Shown here: positions 39,690 to 48,803 of the stretch, piece by piece
How the letters are laid out: each line of letters begins with the position of its first letter
Numbering within the stretch: position 1 is the stretch's first letter
Virus record (IMG/VR): IMGVR_UViG_3300043399_000524
Location: 75,308-139,307 of that record
DNA from: a virus
Reading direction: 5' to 3' (one strand)
DNA length: 64,000 nucleotides
Notes under the pieces: model-generated
Database searches by the model: none
What the model was told of the DNA's origin: nothing
The model's input: only the letters and a program-made list of their open reading frames with translations
Position numbers and translations under genes: made by a program

Positions 39690-40241
39690 ATGGCAACAAC
39701 AATATTAGCAAAAAAAGCTGGGGCAGAGACTCCAATTGCAACTGATGATGAACACCATCAAGTCTTAGCAGCAGATCCATCTATACAACAATTCCCACAA
39801 GGTAGTAGTTTTGGTGGATTCAGTTCACCGTCAAGTTCAAGTTTTGGAGGAACACAGATGAATAGTTTTCAATCTGCGGCAGTGAACAATTTTGCGAATA
39901 CTCCGGGAACAAATCAACCTCAACCAAATCTTACACAAGCAGGTTCAAATGCAGCACAAGGTGCAGATGTATTAGTAGCACATGACAAAGATAGCACCGA
40001 TTGGATTAATAAAAAATGGCGACCAGTTATGGGTTGGGTTTATATGTTAACATGTACTGTTGACTTTGTTTTATTTCCCATATTATGGTCTATATTACAA
40101 GCCCTAAGTAAAGGTAATGTCACAAGTCAATGGCAACCTCTAACCTTGCAAGGTGCAGGATTGTATCATATTGCAATGGGTGCCGTTCTTGGTATCGCAG
40201 CATATGGTCGTACCAAAGAAAAAATTGAGGGTAAATCTTAA
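39690..40241 (+). CDS. Holin-like membrane protein (3TM holin family)
   Basis: WINKKWRPVMGWVY...DFVLFPILW...LGIAAYGRTKEKI. Confidence 0.7.
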   Translation: MATTILAKKAGAETPIATDDEHHQVLAADPSIQQFPQGSSFGGFSSPSSSSFGGTQMNSFQSAAVNNFANTPGTNQPQPNLTQAGSNAAQGADVLVAHDKDSTDWINKKWRPVMGWVYMLTCTVDFVLFPILWSILQALSKGNVTSQWQPLTLQGAGLYHIAMGAVLGIAAYGRTKEKIEGKS

Positions 40242-40242
40242 T

Positions 40243-40271
40243 TTGACTAAAAACACGTAAGGTGTTATACT
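40243..40271 (+). promoter_or_regulatory. Sigma70-type early promoter
   Basis: TTGACT-17 nt-TATACT with extended -10 TG. Confidence 0.8.
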
Positions 40272-40277
40272 CATTTA

Positions 40278-41093
40278 ATGGATTACTATAAGACATTAGG
40301 GGTAGCTAAAACGGCTACTCCTGATGAAATCAAAAAAGCATATCGCAAACTAGCAAGTCAGCATCACCCGGATAAGGGTGGCGATACCGCTATGTTCCAA
40401 AAGATCGAAGAAGCATATCGTATTCTTTCAGACCCACAACAACGTCAACAATACGACAATCCAAATCCATTCGGACAACACCCATTTAATAATCAAGGTC
40501 CAGGATTCCCGGGCGGCTTCCATTTCAATTTTAATGGCGCTGATTTAAATGACATTTTTAGTCAGATGTTTAACCATCATCAGCAACGACACCCAAATTC
40601 TCCCCACACATATAGAACCGCAGTTTCTATTACTTTAGAACAAAGTTACATAGGCGGGTCTATGCCATTAAAATTACAAACCAATACACAAATGTATACT
40701 GTAAGTATTGACATACCCAAAGGAGTTTCAGATGGTGGTCAATTAAGATATGATAATCTCATACCCAATGCATCTTTAATTGTAGAATTTAGAGTGCAAC
40801 CTCATTTAAAATTCGAACGCAAGGGTGTGGATTTATATTGTAATCAACAAATATCAGTGTTGGATTTGATTGTTGGAACCACATTTGAATTCACTACGAT
40901 ATCTGGAAAAACATTAGAAGTTAGGGTTCCTCCCAAAACTCAACCACACAAACAATTAAAAATAGCAGGAGAAGGTATGCCTATAAATGGCTCTACATTA
41001 TACGGAGACCAAATCATATTGATTAAACCCTTCGTACCTGATAATATCAGTGACGAGATAACACAAAGTATTTTGCGTTCCAAATCCAAATAA
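40278..41093 (+). CDS. dnaJ: DnaJ-class co-chaperone (no Zn finger, CbpA-like)
   Basis: DYYKTLGV...[18 protein letters not shown]; G/F-rich linker; C-terminal substrate-binding domain. Confidence 0.95.
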   Translation: MDYYKTLGVAKTATPDEIKKAYRKLASQHHPDKGGDTAMFQKIEEAYRILSDPQQRQQYDNPNPFGQHPFNNQGPGFPGGFHFNFNGADLNDIFSQMFNHHQQRHPNSPHTYRTAVSITLEQSYIGGSMPLKLQTNTQMYTVSIDIPKGVSDGGQLRYDNLIPNASLIVEFRVQPHLKFERKGVDLYCNQQISVLDLIVGTTFEFTTISGKTLEVRVPPKTQPHKQLKIAGEGMPINGSTLYGDQIILIKPFVPDNISDEITQSILRSKSK

Positions 41094-41117
41094 ATATTTT
41101 TTTTAATAAAGGAAGTT

Positions 41118-43391
41118 ATGACTAATTCACCAGAAATTGAAAGCATTATCGAACAAGCCATTGTTTATGCTAAAGAACGCAAACACCAATACTGTACGGT
41201 AGAGCACTTATTGCTATCATTGATTACGCATACTCCATTCAAAAAATGTTTGGATAGCTTTGGTGCCGATAGTGATATGTTGATTCAGGAAGTTAGCGCA
41301 TATTTAGATAGTCTACATGCTATCGAAATTAAAAACGTAACTGCCGACGAAGTTCAACCTCGCAAGACAAACAGCCTTGAGCGCACGATGAACCGTAGCA
41401 TTACACAAGTATTGTTCACTGGTCGCCGTCAAGTCACAACTATCGATTTATATCTTAGCATTGCATCAGAGGGTAACAGTCATGCACATTATTTCTTGTT
41501 GAAATACGGAGTGAACAAACAAGAATTTGTCACGCATTGGCAAAAAACTTACAAAGGTGCTGAGTTTACTGCCAAGTTGTCTGAATCCCAAGCTGATGAA
41601 ATTCTCGAAGAATATACCACAAATCTTACTGACCTCGCAAGGCAAGGCAAACTAGAACCGTTGATTGGTCGTAGTAAAGAACTTGATGATATTGTTAATG
41701 TTCTTGCTAAACGATTCAAAGCAAACGTTCTCATGGTTGGTGATCCGGGTGTTGGTAAAACTGCAATTGCAGAAGGTCTTGCAAATATGATTGTTGCAAA
41801 TGAATGTCCTGAATTTATTCTCAATCATGAAGTTTATAGTCTTGAGGTCGGTGCATTGCTCGCAGGAAGTAAATATCGTGGCGACTTTGAAGAAAAAGTC
41901 AAGGCAGTATTAGAAGCACTTAACACCAAAAAGAAAGCAATTTTATTCATTGATGAAGCACACACCATGAGTGGTAGTGGTAACGGTAATGGTGGTAGTG
42001 TTGACTTCGCTAACATGATTAAGCCCGCGATTACTAAAGGCACACTAAAAGTTATCGCAAGCACAACATGGGAAGAATTCTACGAGAGTTTTGAAAAGGA
42101 CCGCGCACTAATGCGTCGATTCTATCGTGTTGGCATCGATGAACCCAATAAAGAAACTACTATTCGTATTCTAACTGGTTTGTCACAGAGACTAAGCGAG
42201 TTTCATAATGTTGCCGTTTCAGAAGAAGCAATTACAGCAGCAGTGGATTTGGCTGATCGTTACATTCACGACCGTAAAAACCCAGATAAATCCATTGATT
42301 TGATTGATGCAGCATGTGCTAAACAGCGTGTACTAGACAATAAAGGTGCAATAATTAACAAAGAGTTAATTTATGAACAAGTGGAACGGTTCACAGGGGT
42401 ACCTGCTGATAAACTTCAAGGTGATAACATGGATCGCATACAAACGCTTGAAGTTAACGTTAAAGGTAAACTTTATGGACAGGATGAAACTGTCGATAAA
42501 GTACTAGAACGTGTATATGTTAGTTTTGCGGGTATTGGTAATGAAACTAAACCCACAGCAAGTTTCTTGTTCTTGGGTCCAACAGGTACAGGTAAAACAG
42601 AATTGGCTAAGTTGTTGAGCAAGAACCTCGACATGCCATTACTCAAGTATGATATGTCAGAGTATAGCGAAAAGCACTCGGTTTCTAGCTTGATCGGTCC
42701 TCCACCTGGTTATGTTGGTTTCGGTGACAGTCAAGTTCAAGGTGGTCGATTAATTTCTGATTTGAGTAAGAACCCACATGCTATCATGTTGTTTGATGAA
42801 GTTGAAAAGGCTCACCCAGATATCTTTAACATCTTCTTGCAAATGCTCGACGAAGGTACTATTACTGGTAGTAACGGTAAAAAAGTTAGCTGCAAGAACA
42901 CTATCATTATCATGACCAGTAACTTGGGCAGTAGTGATAGTGAACGTAATAACATTGGTTTCGGTACCCAGGAAAAGACTGGCGAAGATGACAAGGCACT
43001 AAAAGAATTCTTTAAACCTGAGTTCCGTAATCGTTTGGATCTTGTCTGTAAGTTCAATAAACTTGATATGCTTGCGATTAAGAAGATTGTTGTTAAGTTT
43101 GCAGAAGACCTAAAGAAATCAGTACTTGACAAGCACAATATCACATTGAATCTGTCCGAAGAGGCAATTGAGTATCTTGCTGATAAAGGTTACGACAAGA
43201 AGATGGGAGCTAGACCTCTTGCTCGTAAAATTGATGAATTGATCCGTGTCCCTCTTTCAAAGAAGATTTTATTTGAACGAATTAAAAATGCAAATGTTAT
43301 GGTAAGACTAGAAAACAACGAAATTGTGTTTGATGTGCAACAAAAATTAACAGCTACGGTGAACCAAGATGGGATTATTGAAGTCAATTGA
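41118..43391 (+). CDS. clpA: ClpA-like AAA+ unfoldase
   Basis: Clp N-domain, GDPGVGKT, FIDEAH, GPTGTGKT, LFDEVEKAH, GARPL; no ClpB middle coiled coil; IGF loop present. Confidence 0.9.
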   Translation: MTNSPEIESIIEQAIVYAKERKHQYCTVEHLLLSLITHTPFKKCLDSFGADSDMLIQEVSAYLDSLHAIEIKNVTADEVQPRKTNSLERTMNRSITQVLFTGRRQVTTIDLYLSIASEGNSHAHYFLLKYGVNKQEFVTHWQKTYKGAEFTAKLSESQADEILEEYTTNLTDLARQGKLEPLIGRSKELDDIVNVLAKRFKANVLMVGDPGVGKTAIAEGLANMIVANECPEFILNHEVYSLEVGALLAGSKYRGDFEEKVKAVLEALNTKKKAILFIDEAHTMSGSGNGNGGSVDFANMIKPAITKGTLKVIASTTWEEFYESFEKDRALMRRFYRVGIDEPNKETTIRILTGLSQRLSEFHNVAVSEEAITAAVDLADRYIHDRKNPDKSIDLIDAACAKQRVLDNKGAIINKELIYEQVERFTGVPADKLQGDNMDRIQTLEVNVKGKLYGQDETVDKVLERVYVSFAGIGNETKPTASFLFLGPTGTGKTELAKLLSKNLDMPLLKYDMSEYSEKHSVSSLIGPPPGYVGFGDSQVQGGRLISDLSKNPHAIMLFDEVEKAHPDIFNIFLQMLDEGTITGSNGKKVSCKNTIIIMTSNLGSSDSERNNIGFGTQEKTGEDDKALKEFFKPEFRNRLDLVCKFNKLDMLAIKKIVVKFAEDLKKSVLDKHNITLNLSEEAIEYLADKGYDKKMGARPLARKIDELIRVPLSKKILFERIKNANVMVRLENNEIVFDVQQKLTATVNQDGIIEVN

Positions 43392-44091
43392 TAATGTGCC
43401 CGGTGTTGATTATTACGAATACCGTGATAATCAATACTATAACAAATATGAATACCGCCTAAGGGCAACTATTCCTTGTATTAAATATACATGGGATTGT
43501 AAGAATCCTGAGGATCTGGATAAAAAACTTCAAGGTAAATTTAGTGGTTACGGAAATGTGCGTAAAGAAGATAAACAAGATGTTATCGATAACTTACCTG
43601 CATTAAAATATATCATCGGTTTACAAAAAGAGAAAAAGAAAAAAGAAATAGGAATCCGTATCGAAAGCAACACTATTGCGATTTTTTCGAATGATCTATC
43701 TACTCTCAAGGATATCGAAACACTACTAGGTAGTCAATATAAATTTAATTATACACAGGTGCAAACCAGTCAGTATGCAGGTGTAAAACATTTTGTAAAT
43801 GACCCTCCGCACAAATACCGTGTTTATTTAAAATCAAAACGAGTAGATGACCAATTTCATGTCGAATTGCGTGAAATGTTCAAAAAACAACCTAATTTAT
43901 ACCCCAGTCCTTCACTAAAACGATGGATGTATAATGACGGTAAACGCTATGGAATTTGGTATTTCCGTTGGTCTAGTTCAGCACATTTCATTGATTACGA
44001 TGATGAAAGTACACTAAGTTATCTAGCACTTATGCACGGTGAAATGTTGGGTAAAAAGTACAAACTAGAAAAGCGTCCCGATAATATCTAA
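43369..44091 (+). CDS. Hypothetical protein
   Basis: 240-aa ORF overlapping the ClpA end. Confidence 0.7.
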   Translation: MGLLKSIDNVPGVDYYEYRDNQYYNKYEYRLRATIPCIKYTWDCKNPEDLDKKLQGKFSGYGNVRKEDKQDVIDNLPALKYIIGLQKEKKKKEIGIRIESNTIAIFSNDLSTLKDIETLLGSQYKFNYTQVQTSQYAGVKHFVNDPPHKYRVYLKSKRVDDQFHVELREMFKKQPNLYPSPSLKRWMYNDGKRYGIWYFRWSSSAHFIDYDDESTLSYLALMHGEMLGKKYKLEKRPDNI

Positions 44092-44127
44092 AAGTGATAA
44101 ATACTCTATTACTATAGGGTATTTACC

Positions 44128-44289
44128 ATGGCACAGGTTTTAGAAGAAGCAATCGTAATTAAAGTTAGCAAGTTAGTAAAAAATGGTTCAGGAGAAACTC
44201 TTGTTCCGGAAGAAACTTTGCAAGCATTAGAACAAGTCACCCAAGAATTATTGGGTGATTCCGTTATTGTTGAAGTGGAAAAAGCATGA
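44128..44289 (+). CDS. Small hypothetical protein (not in ORF track)
   Basis: MAQVLEEAIVIKVSKLVK...VEVEKA, 53 aa; late box at 44096; ATGA overlap with the next gene. Confidence 0.6.
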   Translation: MAQVLEEAIVIKVSKLVKNGSGETLVPEETLQALEQVTQELLGDSVIVEVEKA

Positions 44290-44675
44290 GCCAAACAACA
44301 ACACTAATACTATTACCACAAACAACTTGGAATGGTAATGTTTCCAATGTACAGATTTATGATGTTGTGGGTGACAAAAAACAAGCAGCAAGTTATTATG
44401 TAGGAAGCAAAGACCTACAAACTGTTAATATCAATTTAGCAGGTGTAACAGGAAATATCCTTATACAAGCTACATTAGCTACAGAACCAGTTGAAGTAGA
44501 TTGGTTTAACGTTTATAAAATAGAAGCTAATGCAGGAGCACCTGCAAATAGCGAGGGTAATTTAAACGCTTTCTTAAATGAAGCGATTAACGTTGAGGGT
44601 AACTTTGTTTGGATGAGGGCAAAGATACAAGATTTCAATGGTGGTATCGTTCAATATGTTAAACTGAGTTACTAA
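44286..44675 (+). CDS. Hypothetical beta-rich protein
   Basis: 129 aa. Confidence 0.65.
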   Translation: MSQTTTLILLPQTTWNGNVSNVQIYDVVGDKKQAASYYVGSKDLQTVNINLAGVTGNILIQATLATEPVEVDWFNVYKIEANAGAPANSEGNLNAFLNEAINVEGNFVWMRAKIQDFNGGIVQYVKLSY

Positions 44676-44676
44676 T

Positions 44677-46257
44677 ATGTCTATGATTGTTATTATGCCG
44701 GGCGGCTTTCATCCCTTTCACGCAGGTCATTATGCGTTGTACCAATCTGCATTAAAAGCCTTTCCTGGTGCAGAAGTTTATGTGGCCGCAACCAATGATA
44801 TGAGCGAAAGACCTTTCCCCTTCGCACTAAAAGAGAAACTAGCAAAGCTAGCAGGTGTTAAGCCGGGACATTTTGTACAAGTTAAAAGTCCATTCAAAGC
44901 GGAAGAAATTACAAAGAACTACGATCCAGAAAAAGATATATTAATATTTGTTCGAAGTGAAAAAGACAAAGACGAGAGTCCCAAACCAGGCGGCATTAAG
45001 AAAGATGGCACTCCTGCTTATTTCCAACCATGGACAGGAAAAGATGCTCAGCCATTTGCTAAACATGCATATTTTGCATATCTACCAACTGTTGAGTTTG
45101 GTCCTGGAATCACAAGTGCTACACAGATTCGTAAAGCATGGCCTACACTAAATGACAGACGCAAGACCGCACTTGTTATGAGTTTGTATCCTGGAGCACA
45201 AAAGAATCCTAAACTAGCACAAAATGTGGTTGGTATGTTTGACCAAGTTATGGGTGGACAAGTAAGTGAAGGTGTAGCAGAGAATAAAGAAAATAAATGT
45301 CCACCTGCTACACAAGATATTACATTAAATCTTAAAAATCGTCAAAAAGCAATTGATGAATATGGTTATGGTCCATTAAATCCTGACTTACCTAACACTA
45401 AGTTTTGGATGAAAAAAGTAGACGAGTGGAATCTAGATTCTGTAGAAGAAGCCAAACAAAGTTTGTGTGGTAATTGTGCAGCGTTTGATATACGTCAAGA
45501 TACATTAGATTGTATTGCTAAAGGTATAGATAGCGATAATCCCAGTGATGCTGAAGTTACAATTGATGCAGGTGAATTAGGTTATTGTAAGTTTTTAAAA
45601 TTCAAATGTGCTAGTCGCAGAACGTGTGACGCATGGGTAACCGGTGGACCACTTATAGACAAGAAAGACGTAACAGAGAGTACAGATAAAAAAGAAGCAA
45701 CTCGCAGAATACAAAAAATGTTAAATGATAAGTTTGGTGCTAATTTAGATATCGACGGTATCTTAGGACCACTTACATTACAATCAATAAACAAATTTAT
45801 GCCAAATGCCAAAGTAGGGCCTGCTGATGAACCTAATAAAACTACTGCTGTGCAAGGTAAAAAATATAAAGATGTATCAGAAGATAAAAGTGACGCAATT
45901 GCTAGAACAGTAAAAGACTTAACCAACCCACCCAAAGTCATGCAACATCGCAGCAAGCGTGATATGGAACGAGAAAAAGAATTACAATACAGAAACATTT
46001 CTAAAAGAACCAATGAAGGATTTGGTCCTGGATATCCTGAGACATACGAACAAGAAAACAAACCCTTCAAACACAAAGGTGGTTACCGTATCACTGATAT
46101 AACAAGTGAAGATGTTAACGAAGAACATGTTTATCGTGGTAATGCACCCGGTGAAGCAGTTAGAACTGCCAAACCCAAACGCATGCCTAGTCAAGTTGAA
46201 TTAAATAGAAAAAAGGGTATATTGCCTGAAAGTATCGATTACATAGACGAGATATAA
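44677..46257 (+). CDS. Multi-module protein: cytidylyltransferase-like (HIGH) domain, Cys-rich module, peptidoglycan-binding module
   Basis: PGGFHPFHAGH; CGNC...C...C; LDIDGILGPLTLQSINKF; xxE linkers. Confidence 0.7.
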   Translation: MSMIVIMPGGFHPFHAGHYALYQSALKAFPGAEVYVAATNDMSERPFPFALKEKLAKLAGVKPGHFVQVKSPFKAEEITKNYDPEKDILIFVRSEKDKDESPKPGGIKKDGTPAYFQPWTGKDAQPFAKHAYFAYLPTVEFGPGITSATQIRKAWPTLNDRRKTALVMSLYPGAQKNPKLAQNVVGMFDQVMGGQVSEGVAENKENKCPPATQDITLNLKNRQKAIDEYGYGPLNPDLPNTKFWMKKVDEWNLDSVEEAKQSLCGNCAAFDIRQDTLDCIAKGIDSDNPSDAEVTIDAGELGYCKFLKFKCASRRTCDAWVTGGPLIDKKDVTESTDKKEATRRIQKMLNDKFGANLDIDGILGPLTLQSINKFMPNAKVGPADEPNKTTAVQGKKYKDVSEDKSDAIARTVKDLTNPPKVMQHRSKRDMEREKELQYRNISKRTNEGFGPGYPETYEQENKPFKHKGGYRITDITSEDVNEEHVYRGNAPGEAVRTAKPKRMPSQVELNRKKGILPESIDYIDEI

Positions 46258-46313
46258 AATTTTTCGACACCCCTATTGCCATGTAAATAATCTTATCTTA
46301 TTAAGAGGAATTT

Positions 46314-47300
46314 ATGGCAACAAAGAAAAACGCATCAGAAACGGCAGCTAAGAAAACATCAAGTGCTGCTCCCAAAACTACAGCACCTAAGACTAAGAAG
46401 GCATCAAAAACTAAGGCGGCCGCCAAACAAGTAGCGGCTCAAGCTGTACCGGAAACTGCCAGCGTACAAACCAGTGAAAACAAAGAACAACTACAACAAG
46501 GTCAAGTTCAAGTCAATGTAGACTATCTACGTACTACCAGAGTACATATCGCAATGCCATGTTATGGTGGTATGCTAACCGAATCTACATTCATGTCTTT
46601 CATTAAGTGGGCAAATACAGCCCGTCAGCTTGGTATTGATTGGACACTAGAAACTATGGTCAACGAAAGTCTTATCAGTCGGGCCCGTAACACATTAACT
46701 GCTAAGTTCTTAGACATGCCCGAAGCAACACACTTATTCTTTGTTGATGCAGACATTGGTTGGGAACCATGGCATTTATTGGTTTTATTGAATCATGATG
46801 TTGATGTTATCGGTGGTTTATATCCAATGAAGACCATGCCCATTAAATGGGTTGTTAACGGATTTGAGGGAGCGGAAGAAGGGCCAGATGGTCTACAAGA
46901 AGTAAGTAAAGCAGGCACAGGTTTCTTGTTGATGAAGAAACATGTATTCGAAAAACTAAAATCGCACCCTGCAGTCAAGCAGTACAAGAACGATATCGGT
47001 CTAGATCCTAAGTACGACCAACATTTAAAGACTTACTTTGATACCGCGGTTCGTCAAAATCGTTATTACAGTGAAGACTGGACGTTCTGTGAAAACTGGC
47101 GTGATCTAGGTGGTAAGGTTTATGTTGACAAACGTGTCTTACTACGACACAGCGGTGCATATGTATTCTGTATGGAAAATCAACAACATTTGTTGAATAC
47201 TATAGGACCAATGTATCTGGAAGAACAAAAGAAAAAAGCAATAGAGCAACAAAAAATAGCTACTGATAATAACGGGAACGTTACTTTACAGACTACTTAA
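46314..47300 (+). CDS. GT-A fold glycosyltransferase with Lys/Ala-rich N-terminal tail
   Basis: IAMPCYGG, SLISRARN, FVDADIGW, YSEDWTFC..W. Confidence 0.8.
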   Translation: MATKKNASETAAKKTSSAAPKTTAPKTKKASKTKAAAKQVAAQAVPETASVQTSENKEQLQQGQVQVNVDYLRTTRVHIAMPCYGGMLTESTFMSFIKWANTARQLGIDWTLETMVNESLISRARNTLTAKFLDMPEATHLFFVDADIGWEPWHLLVLLNHDVDVIGGLYPMKTMPIKWVVNGFEGAEEGPDGLQEVSKAGTGFLLMKKHVFEKLKSHPAVKQYKNDIGLDPKYDQHLKTYFDTAVRQNRYYSEDWTFCENWRDLGGKVYVDKRVLLRHSGAYVFCMENQQHLLNTIGPMYLEEQKKKAIEQQKIATDNNGNVTLQTT

Positions 47301-47303
47301 AAT

Positions 47304-47324
47304 AGCCCCGAAAGGGGCTTTTTT
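47304..47324 (+). terminator. Intrinsic terminator
   Basis: AGCCCC-GAAA-GGGGCT-TTTTT. Confidence 0.9.
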
Positions 47325-47383
47325 GTGGCTATACATTAGAGTAGTTCTCTTAATATTCGATAAATATATAAAGAGGATTCAGC

Positions 47384-48112
47384 ATGGCAAACAATCAAAT
47401 AGAATATCCAATATCTGGAGCATATGACGGGAACATAATAACTACACCAGCTTTTATACCAGAGCCGCCGCCTCCTATAGATACAACTCCTACTATAGTT
47501 AAACCATTGGGTGTTGGGTCAGAATCTGAAACAAATATTATTCCTAAAAATATTAATTCAATGAGAAATCCAACAGGATTTGGTATTGTTTCGGTTACTG
47601 GTCAGGATTCCTTAATTGCTAATTCTTATATGGATCAGTTAAATATTGTGTCCGGTAACAATATCAATATAACAACTGATGCAGCTACAACTTCCGTAAC
47701 AATATCAGCAGAAACACTCAATGCAATTACTGATGTACTTCCCGGTACTGGAATCGGTGTAACTGGAAACAGCACTTCAGTTATAGTTACAAATACATTT
47801 ACTGAAATAGTATATTCAGGAGGAAATGCAATTGGCACACTCACCCCTAATAGAAACAACGGTACCGTTCAAAAATTTACATTAACAGGAAATATCGTAT
47901 TAGCTCCTCCTACCAATATGTTAGCCGGCCAAAGTTTGACATTAATACTTACTCAAGATTCTGTAGGAAACAGAATACTAGACGCAAATACTGCTTACTT
48001 GTTCGCTAGTGGATTTCAAACTTTGAGTACAGCATCAGGTGCAATTGATATGATAAACATTTTTACTGATGGCACAACATATTATGGTACGTTAACAGTG
48101 GGGTATTCATAA
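47384..48112 (+). CDS. Fibre-associated structural protein
   Basis: Beta-rich; C-terminal GQSLTLILTQD..G.R.L......F..G...LST..GAID motif. Confidence 0.55.
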   Translation: MANNQIEYPISGAYDGNIITTPAFIPEPPPPIDTTPTIVKPLGVGSESETNIIPKNINSMRNPTGFGIVSVTGQDSLIANSYMDQLNIVSGNNINITTDAATTSVTISAETLNAITDVLPGTGIGVTGNSTSVIVTNTFTEIVYSGGNAIGTLTPNRNNGTVQKFTLTGNIVLAPPTNMLAGQSLTLILTQDSVGNRILDANTAYLFASGFQTLSTASGAIDMINIFTDGTTYYGTLTVGYS

Positions 48113-48789
48113 TGCCTATAGGAGCCTCTCGATTAGGATTTTGGTTTGTACCTTCAAGTCCGCCGGATCCAGAAGATCCAGTAGAACAGTTCACAAATTT
48201 AGGTTTCGAAGAAGGAATATCTGGCTGGACGGTAGCTGCAACTAGGATTAGATTTAATGGTTTAAGCCTGTTAGCCGGGTTTCCTACTCCTACAGATCCA
48301 GATCCCCAAGGGGCCGGCGCCGGAGATGCTATCGTTGTAAACACAATGCCAACTTTTAGGTACCTTCTAAACACAGTTGACAAACCTCCATTAGGACAGG
48401 TGCAAAGTATGCATTTGATTATGGGTGATCCGCAAGAAGGTCAAGTAAATGCGTTCGGCGCCCTATACGGTCCAGCAATTTACAGTAATTTTTATGTCAA
48501 TTTCAATGCCGGCGATCAAGTGGCGTTTGATTGGAGAGCAAGACCATTGAGTGATGCTTATACTGTTTTTGCTTATATGATCGAAAAAGATACGGGTAAT
48601 GTTATCAATCTATTAAGATCATGGGGTCAAAGTTCTAGCTCAGGAACTTCGTGGACTACGACAACAGTAAATGTAACTACAACCGGAGCATACAAGTTTG
48701 TATTTGTAGCAGGTAGTTGGGACAGAACGGGCGGTACTATTATCGGCGGTGAAATGTTAATCGATAATATCAGAAGGATACAACCTTAA
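48112..48789 (+). CDS. Carbohydrate-binding-module-like protein
   Basis: FTNLGFEEG.SGW ... IDNIRR jelly-roll pattern. Confidence 0.5.
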   Translation: MPIGASRLGFWFVPSSPPDPEDPVEQFTNLGFEEGISGWTVAATRIRFNGLSLLAGFPTPTDPDPQGAGAGDAIVVNTMPTFRYLLNTVDKPPLGQVQSMHLIMGDPQEGQVNAFGALYGPAIYSNFYVNFNAGDQVAFDWRARPLSDAYTVFAYMIEKDTGNVINLLRSWGQSSSSGTSWTTTTVNVTTTGAYKFVFVAGSWDRTGGTIIGGEMLIDNIRRIQP

Positions 48790-48803
48790 TAAATATTTAA
48801 ACT

